The position numbers and the translations under genes are program-made. The notes beneath the pieces are model-generated. The model saw nothing but the letters and a program-made list of their open reading frames with translations. It was not told the DNA's origin and did not search any database. A stretch of DNA of 59,724 nt, counting the filler. It is 4 parts of 4 records of this genome, joined end to end, with 100 filler letters (N's around TTAATTAATTAA, not from the genome) between each part and the next. Parts side by side here need not be neighbours in the genome. Positions count along the whole stretch, not along the records: positions 30,598 to 48,895 come from SRR31156797_1395; positions 48,996 to 59,724 come from SRR31156797_1399; 2 more parts are not named here. One strand, 5' to 3'. Below, one piece after another: positions 40,168-49,774 of the stretch (position 1 is its first letter; each line of letters opens with the position of its first letter).

Positions 40168-40299
40168 AAAATATTACCTGACCGCCTTTGTGTTGAAAAA
40201 AGACCCTCTGATTTCCTCCGGAAACTACGGTATATTTTTGTCGAGACGGTGTCAATTCAAAAAAAACCAAGGCCTTGGACCGTCCCGGGTCGGTGTTTA

Positions 40300-41538
40300 T
40301 CAGCCTTCATCATCCTGGCAGATAGCGGCAAAAACCTTGGCGTCCGATATTATCTGGGAAATCAAACAGTATTCATTGGGTTGATGGGCCGTATCCGGGC
40401 AAGTGGACCATACCGCCGCGGGCAATCCCGCTTCCCTGAAAAAAGCCGCCACCGTGCCGCCGCCGATGCCCATGGGTTTGGCTTCTTGCCCCGTGATCTT
40501 CAGTACGGCTTTTTTTAAGGCCGTTACCACTTGTGCATCGGAAGGGGTCGACAAGGCCGCATCATGCCGATGGGCTGTTTCCACCTCAATTTTAAACCCT
40601 GTTTCGGCACCCACGGATTCGGCAATCTCCTCCGCTGCTGCGATGACCTTATCCACGGGATACTCGGGCAGGATTCGGCAGTCGGTGTAAAAAACATCTC
40701 TCCCGGGAATGGTATTCACATTGGAGACGTTGGTCTCTATCTTTGTGGGTTCAAAAGTGGAAACGGGCGGGCTGAAAAGGGGGTTTGACAGGGGGAATTT
40801 CTCTTTCAGCGCTGCCAGGGCCAGGATCAGTTCCGCTGCGCCCACCAGGCTGTTTTGACCTTTGTGGGGGGTGCTCGCATGGCACTGTCGACCCGATACG
40901 GTGAATTTTAGCCAGAGCATGGATTTTTCGGCGATTTCAATCATGGTGCCGTTTTCATTCCCTGCGTCGGGCACAATGATCAGGTCGTTGGGACTGAATA
41001 TATGGCCATGGTGCTTCAGAATGTACTCAAGCCCGTATCGGCTGCCCGTTTCTTCATCCGCCACAATGATCAATCCCAGGGGCCGCTTCAACGTTTCCCC
41101 CGAATCCAGTATGGCTTTGAGAGCGAGGTAGGCGCTGACAAAACCGTGCTGGTTGTCTTCCACACCCCTGCCGATAATGCGGTCTCCATCCACTTTGATA
41201 CAATAAGGGTCGCATTCCCAGAGAGAGAGGTTCCCCGGCGGAACGATGTCCGCGTGGACCAGAATCCACACGGTCCGGTCTTTTTGAAGGCCTTCCCATC
41301 TGGCGACCAGGTTGGGGCGATAACCGTCCCTCGCTTTTTCATGGGGCGCGTGGATTTCTTGAATCGAATCCGGCTTCATGGGGCGCAACAGCTGATGGAT
41401 GAATTCCACCTTTTCGTGTTCGCCTGTCCCCCCGTTTTGCGGACCCAGGGCCACCCGTGCCGTCAAATCCCGTTGCAGTTGAATGACCTCATCGTGGTAA
41501 CCATCAATCATCTCATAGATATCTTTTCTTTTGTTCAT
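40300..41538 (-). CDS. M20 family metallo-hydrolase (DapE/ArgE-like)
   Basis: HADIVPPG, GRGVEDN, DEETGS, HASTP, AHQPNEY. Confidence 0.92.
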   Translation of the reverse strand: MNKRKDIYEMIDGYHDEVIQLQRDLTARVALGPQNGGTGEHEKVEFIHQLLRPMKPDSIQEIHAPHEKARDGYRPNLVARWEGLQKDRTVWILVHADIVPPGNLSLWECDPYCIKVDGDRIIGRGVEDNQHGFVSAYLALKAILDSGETLKRPLGLIIVADEETGSRYGLEYILKHHGHIFSPNDLIIVPDAGNENGTMIEIAEKSMLWLKFTVSGRQCHASTPHKGQNSLVGAAELILALAALKEKFPLSNPLFSPPVSTFEPTKIETNVSNVNTIPGRDVFYTDCRILPEYPVDKVIAAAEEIAESVGAETGFKIEVETAHRHDAALSTPSDAQVVTALKKAVLKITGQEAKPMGIGGGTVAAFFREAGLPAAVWSTCPDTAHQPNEYCLISQIISDAKVFAAICQDDEG

Positions 41539-41556
41539 GTGTTTGTTTCCTTAATT

Positions 41557-42099
41557 TTATGTTTCCAGACCGGAGAGTTCCGCAATGTCCTTCATGAGTC
41601 GGTCAAGGGTTTCGTCGCTTGAGGTTTGTTTTCCGTGATAAACGGGTTCGCCGAAAGAAATCAGCACATGGGTTCTCAACCCTTCTTTACGGTAGCGAAC
41701 CCCCACGGGGATCAGGGGTAGGGCCAATCGTGAAATGATGAGTTTCAGCATCCCCCCCTTCCCGGGGCCCATGCGGTTGGGATAGTAGGTGCCTTCGGGG
41801 AAAACCACCACCCCTTCTCCCACGTTCAGGAAGCGGATTATGGCCCTGATGGAATCCCTGCTTTTGAGCGGTTTTTGTCGATTCAGCGGAATCCCCCCCT
41901 GGGATTTCAGGAGTCCACTGATGATGGCATTATCAAAAAGCTCATGTTTGGCCACATAGTAGAGGGATTGGGGCGTGGCAATGGCCATGAGGGGGATGTC
42001 CTGCCAGCATTGGTGCTTGGGGAGCAATAAAAATGCTTTTTTCCGGGGCAGGTGCTCCCTGCCGCTGGTTTCCAGGCGGTAAAAAGGGAAAAAAGTCAA
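41557..42099 (-). CDS. Lysophospholipid acyltransferase (PlsC-like); true start may be upstream
   Basis: KHQCWQD (HxxxxD), YVAKHELF, VFPEGT. Confidence 0.88.
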   Translation of the reverse strand: MTFFPFYRLETSGREHLPRKKAFLLLPKHQCWQDIPLMAIATPQSLYYVAKHELFDNAIISGLLKSQGGIPLNRQKPLKSRDSIRAIIRFLNVGEGVVVFPEGTYYPNRMGPGKGGMLKLIISRLALPLIPVGVRYRKEGLRTHVLISFGEPVYHGKQTSSDETLDRLMKDIAELSGLET

Positions 42100-42211
42100 C
42101 CGGATGAGGGCCTTTGTAAAATCGCAGACCCACCTTTTACGTTCAAGCGCAAAGGTGCCCGGATTGTTTTTATTAAGTTGATGGCCGATGACGTTTCCTC
42201 TGGATCAACAT

Positions 42212-42523
42212 CTAACGAAAGGGTCCTTCGGTCTCCCCTGTTTTTTCCTCTTCCCGACGGACAACCCGGTTAATTCTTCTGTAGATCAGTAATCCCCGGA
42301 TGAGAATGACGGCGGCGATGGGGAGAAGTACCCATCCCAGAGCGATCACAATGGGGTGTTGCCAGAATTTGATAAAGACCAGTGCCGCCGCAACCAGGGA
42401 CAGAACGGTTCGGATGTAGGCCAAAAGGGTTCTGCGATTGGCCAGTTCCGTACGGTATCCCGCCAGGTGGTCGCGAATGAATAGGCCTGATTCCGGTGCC
42501 TTATGGGTTTTATCGGTCGTCAA
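42212..42523 (-). CDS. DUF202 membrane protein
   Basis: RDHLA..RT.LANRRTLLAYIRT. Confidence 0.88.
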   Translation of the reverse strand: MTTDKTHKAPESGLFIRDHLAGYRTELANRRTLLAYIRTVLSLVAAALVFIKFWQHPIVIALGWVLLPIAAVILIRGLLIYRRINRVVRREEEKTGETEGPFR

Positions 42524-42718
42524 TGGTATGGATCCTCGGATAAGAGATTTTGTGACAATCCCGAAAGTGCCAAAATGTTTTTATATTTCTGCGGAGAAAA
42601 ATATGAAAAATGAGATGGTGTGTCAAGAGGATATGAACCTTGACAGATTGCGCATGGTTCTTTTAGAGTGACAGGCATGGGTTTGGTTCAATGGTGAGCG
42701 GCCCTGAAAGGAAAAAAC

Positions 42719-43789
42719 ATGAATCGAAGTGCGTATTTGCTCCGGCAGAAACAGATGGGAAGACGTCTTTTCGGCGTTTTCCCAGCCCAGTATCCCAAAG
42801 AGATTTTCTGGGCCATGAATGCCGTTCCCGTTGAAATCTGGGATCCGCCGCTTATAACGGCGAACGCCGATGCGCATCTTCAGCCTTATATCTGCTCAGT
42901 GGTCAGGTCCGGTCTGGAGCTGATCCTTCAGGATAAAACCCGCATGCTGGATGGATTTCTGTTTCCCCACACGTGTGATTCCATTCAGAACCTTGCATCC
43001 ATGGTCAATGACTATTTGGGGGTCGAAATTCCCTGTTGCTTTTTTTACCATCCTAAAGCACCTTTTGGGAAAGGTTCCCGTGATTATTATCTCAATCAGC
43101 TCAAATCTCTTACCGCCCAACTGGAAAAACATTTTGGACCCATGGATCCCCATGAACTGAAGCGGCGGGTGGCGCAGGGTCTGGATATGCAGGAACGGTT
43201 TGCGGATGCCTATGAAATGAGACGCCTGGGTGGGCTTGCCGTTTCCAACACGTCCTTTTACCGGAATATCCGTTTGGCGGAATACCTGCACCCGGATGAT
43301 TTTGTTTCGGGCTTTGAGACCTTCCTGGCGGTTTCTAAAAGGGAGAATTTAAAGGGTCCCGCAATCATTTTGAGCGGCATTCTTCCCCATCCGGAAATCC
43401 TGCGGCTTCTGGACCGGCAGGGGGTTCGGGTGGTGGACGACGACCTGCTGAACTGTAACAGGCGGATGCCGTTGAACCGTGGACGGGCTCAAGACCCTTA
43501 TGAAATTCTGGTTGAAAGCTATTTCGCCATGCCGCCCTGTCCCACCCGGGGGTCGCCCATTCAGGAACGGATTGACTTCATGATGGATAAAGTTCGTAAA
43601 ACCGACGTTTCGGGGGTCATCTTCTGCGGCATCAAATTCTGTGAACCGGAGTGGTTTGACGTGCCCCAGATAAGGGCGGCATTGAAAGATGCGGGTTTAA
43701 AAACCCTGCTGCTGGATCTGGACGTGAACCAACCCTTGAGCGGCCAACTGGCCACGCGGGTGGAAGCGTTCGTTGAGATGATAAGTTGA
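42719..43789 (+). CDS. 2-hydroxyacyl-CoA dehydratase / benzoyl-CoA reductase family subunit
   Basis: HLQPYICS, FPHTCD, KFCEPEWFD, TRVEAFVEM. Confidence 0.88.
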   Translation: MNRSAYLLRQKQMGRRLFGVFPAQYPKEIFWAMNAVPVEIWDPPLITANADAHLQPYICSVVRSGLELILQDKTRMLDGFLFPHTCDSIQNLASMVNDYLGVEIPCCFFYHPKAPFGKGSRDYYLNQLKSLTAQLEKHFGPMDPHELKRRVAQGLDMQERFADAYEMRRLGGLAVSNTSFYRNIRLAEYLHPDDFVSGFETFLAVSKRENLKGPAIILSGILPHPEILRLLDRQGVRVVDDDLLNCNRRMPLNRGRAQDPYEILVESYFAMPPCPTRGSPIQERIDFMMDKVRKTDVSGVIFCGIKFCEPEWFDVPQIRAALKDAGLKTLLLDLDVNQPLSGQLATRVEAFVEMIS

Positions 43790-43802
43790 GGAATTGAAGC
43801 CC

Positions 43803-45116
43803 ATGTCTTTGGCAAAACGCCTGTCTTACAATATCATGAAGGATATGGGCGCCCCCATGGTGATGGGGCTTGCGGCAAAAGCGAAAAAGAAGCGCCCTGC
43901 ATCTACCCATACCCCCTTTGGACCCCGGTTGAAATGTGCGGTTCGCCTGAAGGAGATCATGACCCGCCATTATTTTCTGGCCCGGTATGCAAAAGGGGCC
44001 AAACCCGTGGCCTGGGTCACCAGCGGTGCGCCGGTGGAACTCCTTCGGGCCTTTGATTTTTACACCATCTATCCCGAGAATCATGGGGCATTGTGCGGTG
44101 CACAGCGTCTGGGGCCCGAGTACTGCGGTATTGCCGAAGACCATGGATATCACCAGGACCTTTGTTCTTACGCCCGCATCGACCTGGGGCACGCCCTTTC
44201 GGGGAAAACCCCCGTGGGCAAACTGCCCCGGCCGGATCTGTTGTTTGCCTCCAACAACATTTGTCAAACGGTTTTATACTGGTACCGGGTACTGGCCCAC
44301 CGTTTGAAAGTTCCCCTGCTGCTGTTTGATACCCCATACAATTTTAAAGACATGCGGCGCGAAGACACCCATTACATGGTGGATCAATTGAAAGAAATGA
44401 TTCCCGTGCTGGAGAAGGTGAGCGGCAATCAGTTCAAGGAAGAAACTTTCAGTGAGGTGATTCATTCGGCAAAAGAGGCGTCGCTCTGCTGGGGTCGGAT
44501 TCTGGAAACCATGCGGCATGAGCCCGCCCCCATGACTATTTTTGATGCCTTTGTCCATTTGGCGCCCATTGTTTCCCTCAGGGGGCTTCCCGTGGCCCTT
44601 CAGTATTATGAGACCCTGTTGGCCGAGCTGAAAGAACGGATCGATCAGGGTATCGGCGCCATTGGGAATGAACACAAAAGGCTCATGTGGGATAATATTG
44701 CCATCTGGTACAAGGTGCGTGATTTTTCCAACCTTTTTGCTGAAAGGGGTATGAATTTTGTGACCGCCACCTATACCAATGCCTGGGCTGAAACCTCGGC
44801 CCATATGGATGTGGAAAAGCCTTTTGAGTCCATGGCCCGGACCTATGCCCGGGTGATTTTGAACAACGGCCTCAACCACCGCCTGGAATTAATGGAACGT
44901 CTGATCAAGGATTATCACGTGGATGGCCTGGTCATTCATTCGGCCAGAAGCTGTAAGCCCTATTCCGTTGGGCAGTACGACCTCAAGCGTATCCTCATGG
45001 ACCGTCTGGAGATCCCTTCGGTTGTTATCGAGGCGGATATCACCGATTTCCGCGCCTTTTCCGAGGAGCAGACCCGCACGCGGCTGGAAGCTTTTTTTGA
45101 AACCCTGGAAGTTTGA
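43803..45116 (+). CDS. 2-hydroxyacyl-CoA dehydratase / benzoyl-CoA reductase family subunit
   Basis: YPENH, DLCSYAR, NNICQ, RSCKPYS, TRLEAFFE. Confidence 0.88.
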   Translation: MSLAKRLSYNIMKDMGAPMVMGLAAKAKKKRPASTHTPFGPRLKCAVRLKEIMTRHYFLARYAKGAKPVAWVTSGAPVELLRAFDFYTIYPENHGALCGAQRLGPEYCGIAEDHGYHQDLCSYARIDLGHALSGKTPVGKLPRPDLLFASNNICQTVLYWYRVLAHRLKVPLLLFDTPYNFKDMRREDTHYMVDQLKEMIPVLEKVSGNQFKEETFSEVIHSAKEASLCWGRILETMRHEPAPMTIFDAFVHLAPIVSLRGLPVALQYYETLLAELKERIDQGIGAIGNEHKRLMWDNIAIWYKVRDFSNLFAERGMNFVTATYTNAWAETSAHMDVEKPFESMARTYARVILNNGLNHRLELMERLIKDYHVDGLVIHSARSCKPYSVGQYDLKRILMDRLEIPSVVIEADITDFRAFSEEQTRTRLEAFFETLEV

Positions 45117-45201
45117 TCATGAGATAGTGATTTTGTTGAAGACATGAAAACCAAAAGCTGACGGCTAATGGCTGACAGCTTCCTTTTAGGAGGTTTAGGT
45201 A

Positions 45202-46392
45202 GTGCAAAACGAAGGAAATAATGAAACAAAAGAGGTCGTGGTGCAGGCCCTTCGACCTTATGGAACGTCCATTTTTACGGAAATGAGTGTTCTGGCAAAT
45301 TCCCATGGCGCCGTTAATCTTTCCCAGGGATTTCCGGACTTTGACGGACCCGAGGCCATCCGCAACAAGGCGGCTGAAGCGATCAAACGGGGGCCGAATC
45401 AATATGTTTTGGCCCATGGTATCCCGGCATTTCGGGAAGCTGTGGCGCGAAAGATGGAGCGGTTTTATAATCTAACGGTGGACCCTGACACTGAAATCAC
45501 CGTGACCGGGGGCGCAACCGAAGGGTTGAGCGCCACACTCCTGGGCATCCTGGAACCGGGGGATGAAGTGATTCTGCTGGAACCCGGCTATGAAACCTAT
45601 GCGCCCGTGTCGGCCATGGCCGGGGCAACAATCCGATATGTGTCGCTGGAAGGCCCGGATTTTGCTTTGCCGAAAGAGAAGTTGGCGGAAGCCTTTAACC
45701 CCCGGACCAAAGCCATTATCGTCAACAATCCGCAGAATCCCTGTTGCAAGACCTTTACCCGGGAAGAACTTTCCCATATCGGTGATTTGTGTGCTCAATA
45801 TGACGCCTATGCCATCGGAGACGAGGTCTATGAGCATCTGGTCTATGACGGCCGGGAACATGCCACCCTTCTGAGCATCCCCGAACTCAAAGACCGCTGT
45901 TTTGTCATTTCCTCCACGGCAAAGACCTTTTCCATGACCGGGTGGAAGATCGGTTATGTGATCGCGGCGCCCCCTTTGTCCCGCGCCGTCCGCATGAGCC
46001 ACCAGTTCATTATTTTCTGTGGACAGGGTCCTTTGCAGGAGGCCATGGCCATGGCCATTGATTTTCCCGACACGTATTATCATGAACTCCTGGCCGACTA
46101 TACGCAGAAACGAAACCGGTTGTCGGATGCCCTTTCAAGCTTGGGATTTCAGGTCTTCCCAACCGCCGGCACCTATTTTCTCCTGGTGGACATTCGAAGT
46201 CTGGGATTTGACGATGATGTATTGTTTTGTCGGATGCTGACCGAAAAGGCGGGCGTGGCGGCCATCCCCTGCTCCTGCTTTTGGAACAATCGGAGCCGGG
46301 GAAGGGAATTGGTCAGATTCTGCTTTTGTAAAAAGGATGAAACCCTCGATGAAGCCATCAAGCGCCTTACGGCTTTCTTGGGGAGACGTTAA
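45202..46392 (+). CDS. PLP-dependent class I/II aminotransferase (YbdL-like)
   Basis: AVNLSQGFPDF, NNPQNP, DEVYEHL, STAKTFSMTGWKIG, VRFCFCK. Confidence 0.93.
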   Translation: MQNEGNNETKEVVVQALRPYGTSIFTEMSVLANSHGAVNLSQGFPDFDGPEAIRNKAAEAIKRGPNQYVLAHGIPAFREAVARKMERFYNLTVDPDTEITVTGGATEGLSATLLGILEPGDEVILLEPGYETYAPVSAMAGATIRYVSLEGPDFALPKEKLAEAFNPRTKAIIVNNPQNPCCKTFTREELSHIGDLCAQYDAYAIGDEVYEHLVYDGREHATLLSIPELKDRCFVISSTAKTFSMTGWKIGYVIAAPPLSRAVRMSHQFIIFCGQGPLQEAMAMAIDFPDTYYHELLADYTQKRNRLSDALSSLGFQVFPTAGTYFLLVDIRSLGFDDDVLFCRMLTEKAGVAAIPCSCFWNNRSRGRELVRFCFCKKDETLDEAIKRLTAFLGRR

Positions 46393-46428
46393 TCAAGCCA
46401 ACCTGATTTACTTTTTAAAGGGAACATT

Positions 46429-46857
46429 ATGACAACCAAGGATAAAGACCGAACGCCTGTGGCCCAGATTCTGGTGACCCAGTGTACAAGATGCAAGCTA
46501 CCCCTTACCCACATGGTGGTTTTACACAACTCCGAGGGCATTGTGGAACGGGTCCAGTGCCGTACTTGCGGCAGTGAGCACAAGTATTACCCGGAAAAGA
46601 AAAAAGCGGTCAGGAAACCCGCGAAAAAGACCCGGGTTGCAAAGACCAAAAAACCGGATGCCGCCGCTGTTTTCGAACAGCTGGCGCAAAAATTTCAGGA
46701 AAAAAAGCCGGTGCCCTATACCATGGAAGGATCTTATAAAACGGATGATGTTATCGACCACAAGACCTTCGGCAAAGGGATTGTGACGGGGGTTTTCTAC
46801 CAGAAAATGGATGTGGCTTTTGCCGATGCGCCTCGTATTCTGGTGTGTGATCGGTGA
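46429..46857 (+). CDS. Hypothetical Zn-ribbon protein
   Basis: CTRCK...VQCRTCGSEH; C-terminal IDHKTFGKGIV Tudor-like motif. Confidence 0.8.
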   Translation: MTTKDKDRTPVAQILVTQCTRCKLPLTHMVVLHNSEGIVERVQCRTCGSEHKYYPEKKKAVRKPAKKTRVAKTKKPDAAAVFEQLAQKFQEKKPVPYTMEGSYKTDDVIDHKTFGKGIVTGVFYQKMDVAFADAPRILVCDR

Positions 46858-46858
46858 G

Positions 46859-48640
46859 TCAGGCTGTTGACGCTCCTCTGCCGGATTTTGGCTTTCCCTC
46901 CCGGTGTTTCAAATCGTCCGAAGGCTTGAACAGGTGCACATCCCGCTGTGGAAAGGGGATGGCAATATGTGCTGCATTCAGGGCATTGTAGATTTCTTTG
47001 TTCAATGAATGGATAAGCCGGCCTTTTTCTTCAGGCCGTCTGGCCCAGCATAGCAATTCAAAATCAAGGGAAGAGTCCCCGAAGGCGCGAAAGCGGACCC
47101 GGGGCGCCGGGTTATTTGCCGCCAGTTCATTTTCCCGGGCCAGTTTCATCAGGATTTCTTCCACCTGTTCCACGTCCGTTCCATAGGCCACCCCCACCTT
47201 GATCCGTATCCTGAAGCGGGGTTCCGGTGCGCTTTCATTGACGATTTTGACGTTGGTGATGACCGAATTGGGGATGCAGATGAGAATTTCATCCCGGGTC
47301 AGGATGCGGGTGCTGCGGAGACCGATGTCCACCACTTCACCCCTCTCTCCCGAATCCAGAATGATGTAATTTCCGGTGGTAAAGGGCTTGTCCAGAAGAA
47401 GGCTGATGCCGCCGAAAAAGTTGGCCAGGGTTTCCCTGGCCGCCATGGCAATGGCCAGGCCTGCGATTCCGGCGGAAGCAAATACCGCTGTGACGGACAG
47501 GCCAAAATAGTTGGCCGCGTACCAGAAAAGGACAAAGAGCATCACCAGTGTGAGTACCCTCAGGCTGAGCCGCACCAGGTTGTTGTCGATGCTTCTCTTC
47601 TGAAGGCGTTCGGATGATGTGATGCCGTTGACCAGGATATTGCCCAGTATGACGATGGCAACGCCCGCAAAGATGAAAAAGATCAGCCGCAGACCCACTT
47701 TACTGATGAGAAGCGTCAGTCCGGTGATATTCAGCTGGAAGTCAATGAATTCTTCAACGATCCAGGCCATGGCCATGCCGCTGGCGGGAAACAGAAGTTT
47801 GCCGAACCGCCAGGGGAAGTCGGATTTTTTGACGGAAGTCTTTCGGCGGTACTCCAAACGGTAAAAGACCCAGACAATGAGGGCCGCGGAGAGAATAGCC
47901 AGAGCCAGTCCGATCCATTGCCACAGCGTCTGTTCCAAGTAAGGCGTTTTGGCCCATTCGGGCAGATTTTCGATCCACTGGTGAGGGATCAGGGTTCCCG
48001 GTGAGTATATATACGTTTCGTAGGGCCTCTTCCATGTGTCCGGTTTATAGGGGAGGTGTTTGGACCGTTCATAGTACTCCTCCAGCTTATCGACGGTCCG
48101 GCTTGAAAAAAGGTACTCTCCCTTGTGGGGGCCTTCCAGGACCTTTGAGATGGTAATTCCCGTATGGGGAACAGTCCACTTTGTCCACCCTTCCTGTTTC
48201 ATCATTTTTTTATCGGGTATGGAATTGTAGGTGGGAAGATCAATGCGGTTGAAGATTTCCATGAGCAGAAAGGTGGATTCAATGCGTACCGCCTCTTTCA
48301 TGGTGGGGGGCACTTTGCTTAAGTTCAGACATTTGGATGCCCGATTGATGAAAACTTGTGCCCTCGGGCTTCTGGCACCCGATTCAAGGGAAGCTGCGAA
48401 AGCCCAGTTCATGTTGCTCCAAAAGGCCTGGGCGGTTTCGCGTGGACTTTCAAGGTTCAGCCCGGCCAATGGATAGTGGTCCATTTCCATCGGCGTATAG
48501 CGGACTGTTTTCAGTTTGTCATTCTCTTTAGGGGATGAGGCTTCGGTTTCCCCAACCTCCAAGGAAAAACCGGTTCGGCCCAAAAATATGAGGAAAAAAA
48601 ATAGGAATGCCGCTGTAATTTTCATGTGTCCAGGTCTCAT
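46859..48640 (-). CDS. MscS family mechanosensitive channel with N-terminal periplasmic domain
   Basis: GLAIAMAA..TLANFFGG, DKPF..G, GEVVDIGLRST, GVAYGTD, FGDSSLDF, IPFPQRD. Confidence 0.93.
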   Translation of the reverse strand: MRPGHMKITAAFLFFFLIFLGRTGFSLEVGETEASSPKENDKLKTVRYTPMEMDHYPLAGLNLESPRETAQAFWSNMNWAFAASLESGARSPRAQVFINRASKCLNLSKVPPTMKEAVRIESTFLLMEIFNRIDLPTYNSIPDKKMMKQEGWTKWTVPHTGITISKVLEGPHKGEYLFSSRTVDKLEEYYERSKHLPYKPDTWKRPYETYIYSPGTLIPHQWIENLPEWAKTPYLEQTLWQWIGLALAILSAALIVWVFYRLEYRRKTSVKKSDFPWRFGKLLFPASGMAMAWIVEEFIDFQLNITGLTLLISKVGLRLIFFIFAGVAIVILGNILVNGITSSERLQKRSIDNNLVRLSLRVLTLVMLFVLFWYAANYFGLSVTAVFASAGIAGLAIAMAARETLANFFGGISLLLDKPFTTGNYIILDSGERGEVVDIGLRSTRILTRDEILICIPNSVITNVKIVNESAPEPRFRIRIKVGVAYGTDVEQVEEILMKLARENELAANNPAPRVRFRAFGDSSLDFELLCWARRPEEKGRLIHSLNKEIYNALNAAHIAIPFPQRDVHLFKPSDDLKHREGKPKSGRGASTA

Positions 48641-48675
48641 GGCTTGTTTCCTCCATAACTCCTTGTCCTACCTGA

Positions 48676-48895
48676 TTATTTTTTTCCTGACTCCTTTTTT
48701 GTTTTGGCCGACCGCAAAAGATGTCTTTTCTGGCCCGACAGTACGGACTTTCGCATGCGAATGGACATGGGGGTCACCTCCACCAGTTCATCTTCGCGTA
48801 TGAAGCTGATGGTCTGTTCCAGGGTCATGGGTTTGATGGGGGAGAGGAGCACATTGTCGTCTTTCCCGGATGCACGCATGTTGGTGAGCTTCTTT
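48676..48895 (-). CDS. typA: Translational GTPase TypA/BipA, C-terminal fragment
   Basis: [13 protein letters not shown]...[19 protein letters not shown]. Confidence 0.93.
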
Positions 48896-48995
48896 NNNNN
48901 NNNNNNNNNNNNNNNNNNNNNNNNNNNNNNNNNNNNNNNTTAATTAATTAANNNNNNNNNNNNNNNNNNNNNNNNNNNNNNNNNNNNNNNNNNNN
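48896..48995. other. Artificial contig spacer
   Basis: N-run, TTAATTAATTAA, N-run. Confidence 0.98.
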
Positions 48996-49440
48996 CAATC
49001 TGACTTTGTTAAGAAAAATAATAAAGTCCCCAATTATTTTTGTTTTGAAAAACAATAATGAACCCCTTAAATGTCCGTCTAAAATATACTCAAAAATAAG
49101 TTTTGCTCTTGAACTAAGAGACTTTAACTTATATTTTATTTCTATTATAATTATCGTACATAAAGATAAAAAATATAATAGAAAAAATTCTAATATTTTG
49201 TTAAGGTGAATTTTAAACGAACTTTTTATGTTTTTTATTTAAAGAGTAATAAGAAATAGATAAAATTACAAAATAAAAAAATAGATAAGAACTTTAAAAT
49301 TTATATATATTTTTTTGTAAAAGTCTAGTTTTAAAATAGCTGAATTTGAAAAAAACAAATAAAATTCGAATGAATTACTTAAAAATTACTTTTAAGTTTT
49401 AAAATATTAAGTGTAAGAAATTTAATAAGGAGGGAGCTTC

Positions 49441-49599
49441 ATGAGATTAAATACCAAAAGTAATGAAAAAATATATAAAAAAACTAGAAAAGATATTTTT
49501 ATAAGCTCAAGTAAAAGAAATTCAAATCTCCTTATTAATCCTTTATTATTTATACTTGCATTGATTATAATAAGAGTTTTGATTGCTATAATTATTTAG
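49441..49599 (+). CDS. 52-aa small membrane protein
   Basis: AAGGAGGG RBS; MRLNTKSNEKIYKKTRKDIFISSSKRNSNLLINPLLFILALIIIRVLIAIII*; followed by a terminator. Confidence 0.6.
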   Translation: MRLNTKSNEKIYKKTRKDIFISSSKRNSNLLINPLLFILALIIIRVLIAIII

Positions 49600-49625
49600 T
49601 GGGGTGGCTAAGATTATAATAAATG

Positions 49626-49674
49626 AAAATACCTTCAAAGTGGAACTATTGTTTCATTTTGGAGGTATTTTTTT
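49626..49674 (+). terminator. Intrinsic terminator
   Basis: AAAATACCTTCAAAGTGGAAC-TATT-GTTTCATTTTGGAGGTATTTTTTT long stem with T-run. Confidence 0.75.
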
Positions 49675-49774
49675 GTGATTATTTAGTATAAATTAGGCCA
49701 AAGCTTTTGTTGTTATCTTGATTTAACTATGTTAAAATATAATAAAATCAATTCTATCAATAGGAGATTGAATT

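Noticed and set aside
45156-45180. Short heptamer-period repeat AGCTGAC-GGCTAAT-GGCTGAC-AGCT
   Set aside because: Only about three degenerate units at one site; insufficient to assign a function.
49006-49209. 67-aa ORF in the AT-rich start of contig 4
   Set aside because: TTG start at the contig edge, no RBS, composition expected from random AT-rich DNA.
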